Assembly: GCA_039621445.1 (NCBI GenBank)
Contig: CP154954.1
Coordinates: 45,797,847-45,861,846 of the forward strand
Direction of reading: 5' to 3'
DNA: 64,000 nucleotides
From: Euglena gracilis
Lineage: Eukaryota
Below, piece after piece: positions 33,673-46,560 of this stretch. The stretch's first letter is position 1; the number at the start of each line of letters is the position of its first letter. The notes below the pieces were generated by a model, which saw nothing but the letters and a program-made list of their open reading frames with translations, had not been told where the DNA came from and made no database searches. Made by a program: the position numbers and the translations under genes.

Positions 33673-34679
33673 TGGAAAACACCTTGTGCAAGTCGAGGAG
33701 CACTAAGGGGAGGCTTGCAGGCTTGAGATCCTGAGGATAAGGCGTGGAACTTGGCAAAGTTGGTGGATCCTGAAGTAGATGCACGGAGAAGACCAAAGGA
33801 AGACAAGCAAAAACAAGTTATTTGTGGCATAGGAAATCACGCCAAACAATTCCTCTTTTAAATACGGCCATTTTAGAAACTTTCGCAACGTGGAACGTGG
33901 TCTTGACACCCTGCACAATGAAGATAGGACGAGAGGCCCCGCCCCTGCACCACAAAAGGTAGGCCGTGAAAGGGTGATTGGTGAGAGGGCAGAACGGGGC
34001 ACCATCCTGTCTCGGCAAAAGCTCCTTTTTGAATTAAGTTTTCTTTTTGTATTTCTTCTGTATTAAGTTTTCTTTTTTTATTTCTTCTGAATATGTTTGC
34101 CGTTATTTGCATCAGGCCTGCCGTTCCGAAAGTTAACGTCAAGAGGTAGTTGTAAATGAAAACTTCAAAGAAGAAAGTGACGATCTGGGTGAGTGATGCT
34201 TCAGTTTAATGTGACCTTGAACCAAGCACCCTTCTGGATTCTCAAAATGTTCGTAGTCTTGTCCTCCGTTCCTACTCTAGTTTGGACAAAGCGAAGCTGA
34301 ATTAGGATCCGCTGCACAGATCCCGGACGGCCGGAAACCCCGGAATAAGAATATGTGGCCGCCGGGCAGTTTTTTTGCCGCCGCCTGTGGTCTTCCGAAC
34401 TAGAATCCTTTCGAAACAGTGGTAACATTACCGTTAAACATGGGGAACACGTGAAAGGTGACACAAGATTTGCATCGACTCCTTTTTCTTTCAATACCCC
34501 ATTTTGCTGTTTCACTTTGCAACGTTGATAAGAATGCTGTGGGCGCTGCACCCAACGATCCAAGAGTTCTTTGGTAGGCTTAAGTTGATGAGCACCAGAT
34601 GTCACCTAACCTAACCTTGTGTGGTGATATTTTTGGGGAACTTCCCTCTGGGCCACTTGGGACAAAAAAAACCCTCACC

Positions 34680-34993
34680 CCTCAAAGTGCCCCCAGAGTG
34701 GCCAATTTTTTGGCAAATTTGTCCCCCCCCCTCAAAGTGGCCAATTTCTCTTGGCGCCGAAGGCGCCAAAGCCCAAAAATTGCCCCCCCCCCCCCCAACG
34801 TGTCCCCTCCCTACAATGGCCGTTTTGGCAAATTTGTTCCCCCCCTCCTCAAAGTGGCCATTTTTTTTCTGGGCGCCGAAGGTGCCAAAGCCCAAAAATT
34901 GACCCCCCCCAAAGTGTCCCCTCCCTCAAAATGGCCGCTTTGGCAAATTTGTTCCCCCCCCCCTTGGCGCCGAAGCCCAAAAATTGACCCAAA
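34680..34993. repeat. ~115-120-bp tandem repeat containing GGCGCCGAAGGCGCC
   Basis: About 2.5 units here; longer array at 51182-51720. Confidence 0.85.
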
Positions 34994-35907
34994 ACATGTT
35001 GATTCAAACTGGTGCAAATCCAGCAATGAGATTTTTTTCAAGGAGTCACTTGGCAGCTTCATCAAACAAAAGAGTGCTCTGGGAGGTTCAAGAAAAGGAA
35101 TTGTTGCATTTCATCACACGTGTATGGTAAACTGCGTTCTCGCCTGTCAGTTGACAAGGCGAACAAGCTCACTTTCCTTTACCGCTGTTTCAATGCGTTC
35201 GGTTGCGACGAGCAATTGGACAACGAGGAGTGAACCCTATGAAATACAGCGGCCTTTCAAATGTGCCATGCCTTGATTCACTTGGTAGGTTTTTTTTTTG
35301 GATGGAGATTTGTGGCATCAATTAAAAAAAAGAATGGAAAAAAATGCCATTTTCTCGTTCATCTCCCTCGAAGATGTTTTCGACTTTTCCCCCGAAAGGG
35401 CGATTTTCAAAAAAAACACAAGAATTTTGCATTTTCAAAAAAAACATGTTTTTTATTGCGTTTTTTTTTTAAAAAAAACACGTTTTTTTGTTTTTTTTAA
35501 AAAAACAAAAAAAAACGCCAACCCTGAAAAAAAGTGCGCTTGTGGTGAACGTCACCGGTGAAGTTCACCGTTGGCGTAAGGTTGAGGGAGGGAGAGAGGA
35601 GGACCACCAGTGCAGTTTCAAACGGTAAGCTTCACCGTTGGTGGGGGATCCAACTGGCCAAACTTTGCTGATGTTTCAGGGTTTCTAAGGTCCGAAATTT
35701 CGCTGCTTTCTGATACTTCCTACCTCAAGTCACCTTTTCACACGAGACTTGGTTTATTTGAGTAATTTTTTCTTTGGTTTGGTTTGGTTTGACCATTTCA
35801 GAGTGACATAGAGGGTGAGATAGAGGTAGAGGTAGAGGTGGAGGTCCACAATGTAGAGGTAGAGTCTTTCGACCTCTACCTCTACCTCTATCCAGCCCTG
35901 CATGGTG

Positions 35908-36470
35908 TACCACCCCCCCCCTTTATTTGCCCCCCCCCTTACCATCCCCCCCCCCATTATGCACCTCCCCCGGGAGGCCGAAATTGGGGGGGAGGTACAC
36001 AATGGGGGGGGAGGTACACAATGGGGGGGTACCCAGGTCCCATTCCCAGACCCGACCGAACAGCCCCAAAAGGGGTCATTTTTGGCAACTTTTTGGATGT
36101 TCACAATAAATGGTCAATTTTCAGCACATTTGCCAAATATCACTTTTTGAAAACGTCTCAAAAACGTCGATTTTTGAGCACTTTTTTGGGAAATTCTTTA
36201 GAAAAAGTGTTATGACAGTGAGCTACCATCCCCCCCCATTGTGTACCTCCCCCCCAGGGGGTACACAATGGGGGGGGTACATAATGGGGGGGGATGGTAA
36301 TTGAGCATTTGGGTCTGGGGAAAATTTTCTTTCATGCACCGAAGGCGCCGATAATTTTTTTGCCCTTTTTATAAAGGAATTTTTGACCCCCCCTTGTTTG
36401 ACCCCCCCCCCTTATTTGAGCATTTGGGGGGTCCGTTGGCCCATGGGTGTGCTCAAATAAAGGGGGGGGT
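35908..36470. mobile_element. Nested MITE-like elements with C/G-rich terminal inverted repeats
   Basis: Inner TIR TTACCATC(C)nATTATG at about 35939 / CATAAT(G)nATGGTAA ending 36300; outer TACC..(C)nTTTATTTG at about 35908 / CAAATAAAA(G)nTA ending 36470. Confidence 0.55.
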
Positions 36471-36792
36471 ATCCATGTTCAAAAGCAACCTTTCTTTGGA
36501 TTTTCTCTCCACCCAACAACCCAGTTCCATCGGCTCTCTTACTCCCGCTGTCTAGCCAAAACAAACTCCAGTGCTTGAATATAATTTTTTTTGAGAGGGA
36601 GCTTTGCCAGGATATTCTTATCGACTTTTTTAGAGGACAAGATTTTTGGGGGTGTTCCCCCCATCACCCCCCGTGATCTGAGACCCTTTTTGGCCAAAAT
36701 TTTTGGAAACAAATTTTGCCGGTGATGCCTACCATGCCCCCCCCCCCCGAGCTGTCCCCCCCCCCTGAGCTATTCCCACAGGGGGGACGGTA

Positions 36793-37238
36793 CAGTCCCT
36801 CGGCGTAAATTGTCCCCCCCGAAAATTTTCCCCCCTGAAATTTCGGAATTTTCCTGGATTTGCAAAAGGCTCCGAAACGGTCGAAAATTTCCTCCCCCCC
36901 CTTCAGCCCCAGAGGAACGGCAAAGACAGGTGGGTTGTGACTTTTTTTTATTTGTATGATGTGAACCCTCAACGCATATTCTTGCAATACCCAAGCCTTG
37001 AAGCCATTGGTGGCAGAGCAATAAGACCCACCTCCCTGAAAAGAGGTGTTTGGGAATATATCACAACCACAATATACGGCAAATGAATTCCGAATGCCGG
37101 CAGGCTTCATGGCTTGAAAGAAAAGAAGACACTAGGGAGGGACAGGGCAAAGTGTCCGAAACGGCCGAAAATTCCTCCCCCCCCTGGTCAAGAGCCCAAA
37201 AAACCCTCCCTGGGGGGGAAATTTATGCCCAGGGACTG
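36793..37238. mobile_element. Tc1/mariner-type MITE
   Basis: TA-CAGTCCCTCGGCGTAAATT...AATTTATGCCCAGGGACTG-TA: imperfect TIRs starting CAGT with a TA target duplication. Confidence 0.75.
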
Positions 37239-37615
37239 TAATAGCTCACTGTCATGGCACTTGTTATAAAGAACTTCTCAAAAAACTGAATCGAGCCACC
37301 AAAAATGTGGTGTTCCCCAAGTCCCCCCCCCCCCCGTGACCCGAACCACCCCCTCAGCCATTTTTGGGTGTGAATGTGCATTGGGCAGAACAAGGAGACG
37401 GTAATGGCTTGTGAAACTTCACTTTTTAAAGAAACCGCTCTGGTTATGATACCCAGAATGGTGGTGTTATGATACCCAGAATGATAATCCCCACATCCTC
37501 CCCCCACACCCCCCCCCCCGCGTCCCCAACACCCCCGAAGTGTCCACGGGGGCTCAACAAAAATGTCTATCGTTTTGTTGAAACCGGGTGCGGGGCTCCC
37601 AAACTCTATATCAAG

Positions 37616-37699
37616 AACTGCGTCTTAAACGCAGACTCTGACCTGAGTCTGCGTTTCGAAACGCAGACTCAGGTCAGAGTCTGCGTTTAAGACGCAGTT
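37616..37699. repeat. Perfect 84-bp palindrome with internal sub-hairpins
   Basis: 42-bp arms are exact reverse complements centred on TTCGAA; each arm holds AAACGCAGACTC-6nt-GAGTCTGCGTTT. Confidence 0.93.
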
Positions 37700-38889
37700 A
37701 TTTAAGGCTGTGTTTATAAAGCAACATGGCTTTGGTCAAAGTCTGTGTTTCAGAACCTCGACGAAGGACGGCAGACTGACGACATATTTTTATAGGTGCC
37801 GCCCCGGCGGCGCGAATGTCAGTAGGATTTGGGGGAGGGGCCCCGAATCCACAGACGAGCAGTTAACGCTATGGGGAAAACTTTGAATAAAATTTTTTTC
37901 GGGTATCTCAAATCGATCAATTTCCGGACGGGAATGTCCCCCTGCTGCCCGGAGGCTCAAATCGGCTCCGTACGGAAGATCGGCTGCCCGTCAGATATGT
38001 GATGCGCATTCTTAAATTGCGCATGGTGATATAAGAATTTGGTTCTAACTCGCTTTGTAGCGGGAGATAGGGCTCGCATTCGGCAGACGGGCGGCCGCGA
38101 TTGACGGCGATGCAGACTGGAGGACTGGAATGAACACAAGAAGGTGTCAACCATCTATTTATTTTCCATCCAGATCACAGTGCAATCCAAAGAAGTCATT
38201 TGTAACTATCAATTATTTTTTTTAAGCCGAAATGGTGATTATGTTTTTTTTGATGCTTTTCACTTCACAGTTGAGGTATGATCCCTGTCACTTGTTCTTT
38301 GCGGAGTTGATCTTTTCAAGTTGCTGCTGAAATTAGGCTGTGTTGATCTTTTCCGCACAGGATAATGTCAAAATGTCTGTGTTAAAAACGACTTTTCCTT
38401 CTTCTTTTGCTTTCATTTTCTTCAGTTCCTTCACCTTTATCTCAATTCCCTGATTAAGGAATTCGACACACAACATCAACTCTGGGCTGTGTTGGAAGCT
38501 GGGGGGTGAGCAGTGTATCCTGAGGAATCATGATGCATGAAATGTGTGAGATGTTGCAGGAATGATCGTTGTCACAGATACCCAGATGAAACGTTCAGGA
38601 TTTTTTGTTTGGAATATTGTTCTTGAAAAGGTCCTTATGAAACAGTTACATGCCACAGACTTAATTATTATGCCTCCTACTTGCAAAATTTGCCAAACAC
38701 CAGGTGAAGACGGTCTGCATCTGTAAAAACACAAGCACTGCAACTGAAAACAAACAGGCACTATGATACAAAAATACAAAAAATGCAAATTTGAAATTGA
38801 AATGAAATGCTCAGCCAGTTATGGACCACTGGTTTTATCGTTGGATGGAAAGTGTTTTTTTCCGTTCACAGATTTTCACAACATTTTTT

Positions 38890-41310
38890 GAATGGCAGCC
38901 TTCCCCCCCCCAGTTTTTGGGCACAGCCTTCCCCCCCCACCTTCCCCCCAAATTTTTGGCACAGTATGTCCTCCTCCTCAGTTTTTGGGCCACAGTCCGG
39001 CATTTTTTTTTAAAGGCAGCCCCCTTGAAAAATTTCGGCCTTGGTCCTTTCTTTTTACCCCCCCCCCCACCGCGATAGGTGCTTTTTTTGGGCAGCCCAG
39101 GTGATAAATTAGGGCCACGGTCCGTACTTCGGGCATCCCCCCCCCGGAAACATCTGGTACGCACGAGAAAACGGCAGCCAGTTGAAAAAAAAATGGGCCG
39201 CAATCTGTGTTTTGTGAGCCCCCCCCGTAAATTTAGACTACGATCTGTACTTTTTCATGGCAGCCCAGCCAAGGTTGACAGTTTTTTTTCTTCAAAAAAA
39301 CATCTTTTATAATGCCAAGTAAAATAAAATAAAAAGTCACCAAGAGCCTCGAGAAATTTTTTTAAAGGATTTCTTCGACAAAACTGCTGGATATCACTAA
39401 TTTTGGTGCCAAAAGCCCACTTTAACTTCAATTTTTTAAAAAAACTGTTCAAAAATCTTAACTTGGGATTTGGCCCAACAACTCCATCGGCAGTTTCTCA
39501 AAAAAAAAAAGCCAAAAAATGGATTTTTTGTCGATTTCTGGAAAAAGATTGAAGTTTTTGAAAAATTGGTATTCTTCAACAAAAACAGGCATTTATTAAA
39601 TTTAAAAAAAAAAAACAACGCGTTTTTAAAAAAGCATCTCAGAATTTTGGGACACAATCCGTATTTTTTTGGCAACCCAACTGAAATCCAGCGGTTCCGG
39701 CCTTTTTTTTGGGTTGCTCAGCTGAACATCTAGGGCCACAATCAGTGTCTTTGGTGGGGGGGGGGGGGGCAGCTGAAAATTCAGGACCACAATCCATGCT
39801 TTTGTTCCCCCCGAAAATTTGGACCACACGGGGGTTGGTACACCCCTCCCCCCCCCCATCTCCGAGGGCCTCGCCACGCCATTTACCCCCCCTCCCCCCG
39901 CGCCCCCCCCCTAGCCGAACCCCCTCGCCACGCCACCGGCGATTTTCGCGTTTTTTTGAACGAAAATTTTGTTGGAAAACCATGATACACCCCTCCCCCC
40001 CCCTGGTCGCCGACCCCCTCGCCACGCCATTTACCCCCCCCTCCCCCCCCCCCCCTATTCGGACCCCCTCGCCACTGTACTTTTTTTTGGTCACCCCTCA
40101 TCCCCTCTCGAATTTAGGGCCACAATCCGCACTTTTTTTCGGGCAGCCCCAGCTGAAAATTCAGGGCCACGATCCCCCACCTTTTTTCAGGGGCAACCCC
40201 CCGAAACATCGGGGCCACACTCCGTATCTTTGGGGGGGCAGCCCAGCTGAAAATTTGGGGCCACAATCCTTGCTGTTTCTTTGGGCAGAAAGCTGAAAAT
40301 TTAGGGCCACGATCCGCACTTTTTGGGTCAGGGGGGGGAGAACAAAAACACCAGGTTCGCACATCTGGAAAACCCCAAGGTGCAACAAAAGTTTACCCTA
40401 ATTCTGAAGAAAAACCCCCAAAAAAGTGCGGATAGATGGACCCTAACCCTACTAAAATTTTCAGCTGGGGTGCTCAAAAACAGCATGCGTCGCGGCCCAT
40501 TGCGTTGGGGGGGGGGTGCCCAAAAACAGTTCCCAGAATTCAGCTAGCTGGCAGCCCAGCTGAAAATTTAGGGCGAAATCCGTGCACAAAAAAACCCACC
40601 GAAAAACCATAAATCTGGGAATCCCCAAGCAGTGCAACAAAAATTTACCAACCGCAATCACCCTTACCCCCCCCCCAATTTGGCAAATGCCAAGGCTCAT
40701 TCAGACCCTCAAGTGGACAATCAGGGGGGGGGTTCGAGGACCCCGACCCCCTAATTTTTATGTGCAAAATTTGTCGGTTTTCTGTACATATTTGGATTCG
40801 TCATGACTTTTTCTAATCGGACAAATCCTGAAATTTTCGAAACGGACGTTTTTGGAGGATTTTCCAGCCCTTTTTGCAGCCTTACCGAAGCTGGCCGGTC
40901 TTGTCCCGGAGGCCAATTAACCAATCAGGGGGTGAGGGTATGAAAAAACCCAAAAATGGGTTTTTTCATCCGTGCTTTCAAAAAAGCTTTGTTCCCCCCC
41001 CCCAGCAGCTCAGTTGAGAATTAAGGGCCACAATCTGCATTTTTTGTGCAGCCCCCATCCCCGAAATATTTGTGCTGCAATCCATACTGTTTTCGGGCAG
41101 CCCAGGTAAAAATGTTGGGTTAACGATCCGTACTTTTTTTTTGGTCAGCGCCCCCCCCCCCAATTTGGGGCCACAATGCATGCTTTTTTGGGCAGCCCAG
41201 CTGAAAATTTTGGGCCATGATCTGCTGGGGCACCTCCCCCCAAATATCTGTGCAATGATCCGTACTGTTTTTTGAGCAGCCCAGCTGAAAATTCAGGGCC
41301 GCGATCCACA
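38890..41310. repeat. Degenerate satellite-like repeat (GGGCAGCCCAGCTGAAAATTTAGGGCCACAATCCG core)
   Basis: Core recurs many times, interrupted by other repeats. Confidence 0.75.
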
Positions 41311-44310
41311 TTTGTAATTTTTGTTGGACCCCGGGTTTTTCAGATTTATGGTTGGTAATTTTGTTGGACCCCCCCCCCGGGGTTTTTTTGGAATCACCGT
41401 TGGTGGTAGTTTTTTGTTGGACCCCGGGTTTTCCCAGCTTTAACCCCCTGGGTTTTTGGGTCATGGTTGGTAAATTTTGTTGGATCCCCCCCGGGTTTCA
41501 CAATAAATGGATATTTTTCACACAGACAGCATGTTCACTCCCTATGCGATCGGTGGCATTCAGGGATTCCTGTGTTTTCTTTTCAGGGTCGCTGAACATC
41601 ACAAAGGAAGAAGTCATTTTTAAGTATGTTCAACAATCATGCTCACCAGGGATTGAGATTCAGGAAGTGAAGGTGAAGTGTGTTTGCATCTTTGTAGAAG
41701 GTAATCTGTTGAAGCGTTTTCATTTTTACCTTACTTTTTGCTGTGTGCATCAGAGTCCGTGGGTTGGCTTGGTAAATTTGGTTGTGGATTTTCATTAGAC
41801 ACAAATTCCCTGTACTTTTGCCCTTTTTTTTTTTTTACAGAATTACCGTTGGTAAATGGACCCCCAGGGATTTTTCAAAATTGCGGTTGGCAAATTTTCT
41901 TTGGACCCCTGCTGGGATTTTTCAAATTTATGGCTTGGAAATTTCTATTGGAACCCCCCTGTGTTTTCAGAAGTGCGGTTGGGGAATTTATATGTAAGAC
42001 CCCCCTGGGTTTTTTCAGAATTACGGTTGAGAAATTTTTGTTGGACCCCCTGGGTTTTTTTTCGGTTGGTAAATTTTTTGGGTCTGTTAAGATACGACGG
42101 CCCCCCCCCCCCTCCCTTTCAGTTATATTGCGCCGCCCTTTAAATGGTCAGAGACCCGCATGCCGGTGTGGTTTTTGTGGTTATTGCCACGTTGCCACAT
42201 TTTGACACAATTGCCACATTTTGTTGGGGGTGTTCCTCCTTGAACCCCCCCCCCCCCGTGGTTTATCAACTGTAATTCTGAAAAACCCAGAAGGGGTCCA
42301 ACAAAATTTGAACCGAAGGGGGTCCAACAAAAATTTGCAAACAGGGGTTCCAAAGAAAATTCACCAACCGTAAATTTCTGAAAAAAGCCTGGGGCCTCAC
42401 ACGCAATGGCCAACCGTGAAACTGCGAAAACCCAGAAGGGTTCCAACAAAATTTCACCAATGGTAATTCTGAAAAAACCCTTGGGGAGGTCCAACAAAAA
42501 TTTGCCATCATAATTCTAAAAAAACCCAGGGCCATAATTCATGAAAAAACCCCAGGGGGTGCAACAGAAATTGGTATTTATCCGTTATGGTGGGACGGGA
42601 CCCTTTCGGTTGTGGTGCAACGCCTTCTTTTCCTCTTAACTGTGACTGTGCAGGGTTATTTGGAGGAATGGTGTTTGGAGGAAAATGCCTCCATGTTCAG
42701 GATGGCAAATGTTCAGGATGGCAAATCCCCTTTTGGGGGCCGGAGGGTTGGCGGGCTTTATCTTTCTTCACCCCCTGTTCATCTGAAAAAATCCTGGGAG
42801 GGTTTTTTTGACATTTAACGAAAGGGACAACAAAATTTAACGACCATTCTAAAAAAACGTAGGGGGGGACAACAAAATTTACCATCTTTTTGCATTCCGC
42901 AGAACAATGGTTGGGGAATTTTCGGTCCCACCCCCCCTGGGTTTTCCAGGTTTACAGTTGTTGATTATTTGTTCCACCCCCCCCCCTGGGTTTTTTTCAG
43001 AATTACAGTTGACAATTTTTTGTTGGAACCCGTCTGGGTTCCCAGACTTGCGGGTTGGCCAATTTTGGTGGCCCCCCCCCCCGGGTTTTTCAGAATTACG
43101 GTTGGAAAAGTCTTGTTGGACCCCCGTTGGGGGTTTTTTTTTTCAGAATTATTACGGTTGTGAATTTTTGTATAGCCCCACCCACTGGGTTTTCTCAGAA
43201 TCACGGTTTGGAAGTTTTAGTTGGACACCTCCTTGCTTTTTTCAGATTTACAGTTGGCAGTTTTTCGTTGACACCCCCAAGGTTTTTTTCAGAATTACGG
43301 TTGGCAATTTTTTTGGCCCACTGGAATTTTTGTGGCACCCCCTGGGTTTTTTTTAAAAAAAAGTTTAAAAGAATATGGTTGGTTTTTTTTTCTCAGAATT
43401 AACGGTTTTTCAATTTTCCTGTGTATTTTCCATAATTACGGTTGCTGAATTTTTGCCGGACCCTTGAATTGTTTCAGGCAGACGTTTGTTGGACCCCCGT
43501 GCTGGGGTTTTTTCCAAAATTTATTTTTGTTGCGATCCCTGTGGTTTTTTTTTTATTATTATTGATGAATTTATGTTGGACCCGACCCCCCTGGGTTTTT
43601 TTTTATTTTAGTTGGGAAATTTGTGTTGGACCCCCTGGATTTTAACAAAATGACGGTTGGTTTTTTTTAGAATTGCAGTGGTAAATTTTTGTTGCATCCC
43701 CTGGGGTTGAAAAAACCCAGATTTTCGGCTGACAAATTTTTGTTGGACCTCCCCAGAGGCTTTTTCAGAATTACGGTTGGAAGTTTTTGTCAGACCCCCC
43801 GATGTTTTTTCAGAATCACCCTTAGTAAATTTTTGTTGGCCCCCCCCCCCCCGGGTTTTTTCACAAGTGCGGTTGCGAAATCTTTGTTGATGATGCCCCC
43901 AGTGGTTTTCTCGGAATTGCCCCCGGGTTTTGCGGTATTGCAGTATTTAAATTTTTGTCAAACCCCCTGGGTTCTTGTTCAAAATCACATTTGCTATTTT
44001 CATAAATACGGGTTGTAAATTTTTGTAGCACTCCTTGGGTTGGCAAATTTTGTTGGACCCCCCCTGTCTTCCCCAGATGTACAGTTGGTAATTCTTCATT
44101 GGCATCGCCCCTGGGTTTTTCAGAATTACCTTTGGCAAAAAAATTCTTCTGCTCCCTGCTTTTTTTTTTCAGACACAGTTTGCCAATTTTGTCGGACCCC
44201 CCCCCCCCGGGTTTTTTGTTGGAACCCCCCTGGGTTCTTTTTTTCAGAATCACCGTTGGCAATTTTTTGTTGGCTGATGTGTTTTCAGAATTACGGTTGG
44301 CAAAGTTGAA
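41310..44310. repeat. Degenerate ~45-bp satellite (CCCCTGGGTTTTTTCAGAATTACGGTTGGxAAATTTTGTTGGA), with inverted blocks at about 42265-42570 and 42815-42885
   Basis: Dozens of diverged copies in both orientations. Confidence 0.8.
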
Positions 44311-46560
44311 AAGAAGGGTGGCATTGGTGCTTTCGTTTTGATGCTTGATTGTCTTTTGCATTTTTTTGGTTCTGCAGGTTCAATTGAGCTTTTTTTGACG
44401 GAATTCTAGACTTGCGGCGATTGTGAGCATTTATTGAATTTTTTTGTTGCTCTCAACTTTTTTGCTTTGTCTCTCAATGTGCCAAATAAAAACAGCAGTT
44501 AAAAATCAAACAAAACCAAAAAAAAAAGGCTCAAAAGTTTTCCATGATTTTGCATGCTAAAGATCGTAAAAAATTTTGTTGCACCCCACACCACCACATT
44601 CATTAGAAGTACGACACCGCGGGCTCCGCACTTCCCTTTTGAGGCCATGCCAAGTAGCTTCCCAGGTTTTCCCTTTGACAAATACTTTCAACAAACTCGG
44701 CAAAACCCCCACCTCCTTTCTTTCATGTCAATGTTGAGACCCCCCCGGAAAAAAGGGCCAGACAAAAAACTTCCTTCCCAGACCCGAATTAGAAATGTCA
44801 AAATTTTAAAAAATCGCCCTTTTGGAGCCCTCGTCTGCCAGGGAATTTTCTTTTCGACGATAAAACCAAAGATAAAAAATTGAAAAATCAATTTCATCTT
44901 CGACCTCCATAACCCGCCTTCTTTGAAAAAAAAAAGGGCGGGGGAAAAAAGGGGGAATTTTAATAAATTCAGGTTTTAAATAATCACCCTTTCTGACGCC
45001 CCGAAAAAAAAAAGGCTGGCGCCTTTCGCAAAGGCGGGTAGCTTCGAAAAAGGCACGGGAAAAAAAGGACGCCCCAAAAACAGCCTGAAAAACACTGCGG
45101 GCAGCCTCCCATGAGAATCATCGGCTTCCCTCCCTCCCGCTCTCTTCGAAATTGCGCGGATAGCGGACTCTCCAAGGAAATGAATGCGTTTAGTCCCGCG
45201 CGAAGCTGTGCCCCCTCAAGCGGAGGCCGCCTCGTAGGTCTTTTTTGGGCACTGGCCAATTCTAAAAACGCAGCGGCGGCTCTGAAACCTCTCTCCAAAA
45301 CAGTCCCATTCTTTCACCACCGGAGAAAAAGGATAGCTTCACAGCACCTCTCTTCGTTCGACCGCAGCATAGCAACAACTGAAACTTAAGACGGACCATT
45401 CAAGCTCCGCACTTCGAGATCTCTTTCCTTTGCTGGTTCTTGTGGCTCGCCCTCCTGGTCCCTTCCTCCCCCTCCCTGTGTCGTGGGAGTCCGATTGAGA
45501 ATCCAAAATGGGAATCGTTCACGCACCGACTCGCCTTCAAAATCAAACACCTCGGGCTCCGAAATGGCGATGTTTGGACCAAACTTTGATTTGGGGTGAA
45601 AATTTTCTGCACGAGTACATTTGCGTGTACCACCGTCACCGTGTACATTTTGTACATTCAACGCCCCCAAAAGTCCCCTGCACCCACTCAAACCTTTGGA
45701 CAATGTACAATGCACACGTGTAACCCGTTGGAGCACCATGAACACAAACGGTGCACGCTGGTTAATATATTTTGGATCCTTCAAGGAGCATCCAAAACAT
45801 GAAAAAAATCGAAAAAGGCCAAACTCGGTTTTCTTTTTCTAGATCCATCAAAATTGAAGAGAATCAGGACCCAACACAGAATTACAGCTTCAACTGCAAA
45901 GTGGCCAACACACAAACCAGGCCCAAACAGAATGTTCATTCTGTGTTGTTTTGCAGTGTTTGTGAAGTCGTTGAAGCATTTTTACAATCAAAACTTCTTT
46001 GTGTTTCATGCATATGCAATATCATTTTCTTCTGTGGCACGCAGATCTGTCATCACAACAATCCATCAGATCCTATGAACGTTTTCCTCTGGGTATTTTC
46101 TGTACCACCACTCACACACAAACCGAACATTTTCCTTTTGCTCAAATGTGGGTGGTAAACCAAATCTTTGCTCAGACATTTGCACGTTGCCTTCGTTGTG
46201 GCATCATGCCTATTTGTTTGGCTCTGCTTCTTTTATGTTTTTGTGTTTTGTAAGTGTTGTAGACAAGTGATATTGCCCTGAGACGTCGTCATGCAAATTT
46301 CAAATTGAAATGAAATTAAGTGCACCACTTATGCAAACCTGCTCTTTGTTTGACCTAATCCTCCAAATAGTGGATTCATTCACGTTTTTGGGGGGTGAGG
46401 TCAGAAGTCTTTTTCACTGCTGAGAATTTTTTGCATTCAACAAAATCTATTCTTTTTGGGTTTTCCCCCTAAAGTGGAACCATTCCTCCTGAGCTGCCTT
46501 TTATTTCGCGGAAACACAAGAAGGACGAACCCCAAGAAGGATGTTAAGGCTCGTGGTGGA

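Larger units (their letters stand above)
30238..34993. repeat. Segmental duplication, copy 1 (continues 1-189 across the retrotransposon nest)
   Basis: Near-identical to 46745-51494; the few differences seen are homopolymer or microsatellite length changes and rare substitutions. Confidence 0.95.

Noticed and set aside
33171-33830. Cys/Val- and His/Thr-rich ORFs
   Set aside because: Translations of the (TG)n microsatellite
30480-34605. Host gene or NYN-domain exon (KEKGVDANL near 34465-34490, minus)
   Set aside because: Only one short motif among stop-interrupted frames; no supportable gene model without a search
34750-34770. Host taxon assignment from repeat style
   Set aside because: Protist-like impression only; no rRNA or marker gene is present in the window
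35817-35892. Hairpin or terminator (TAGAGG)n...(CCTCTA)n
   Set aside because: Inverted hexamer microsatellite with no gene context
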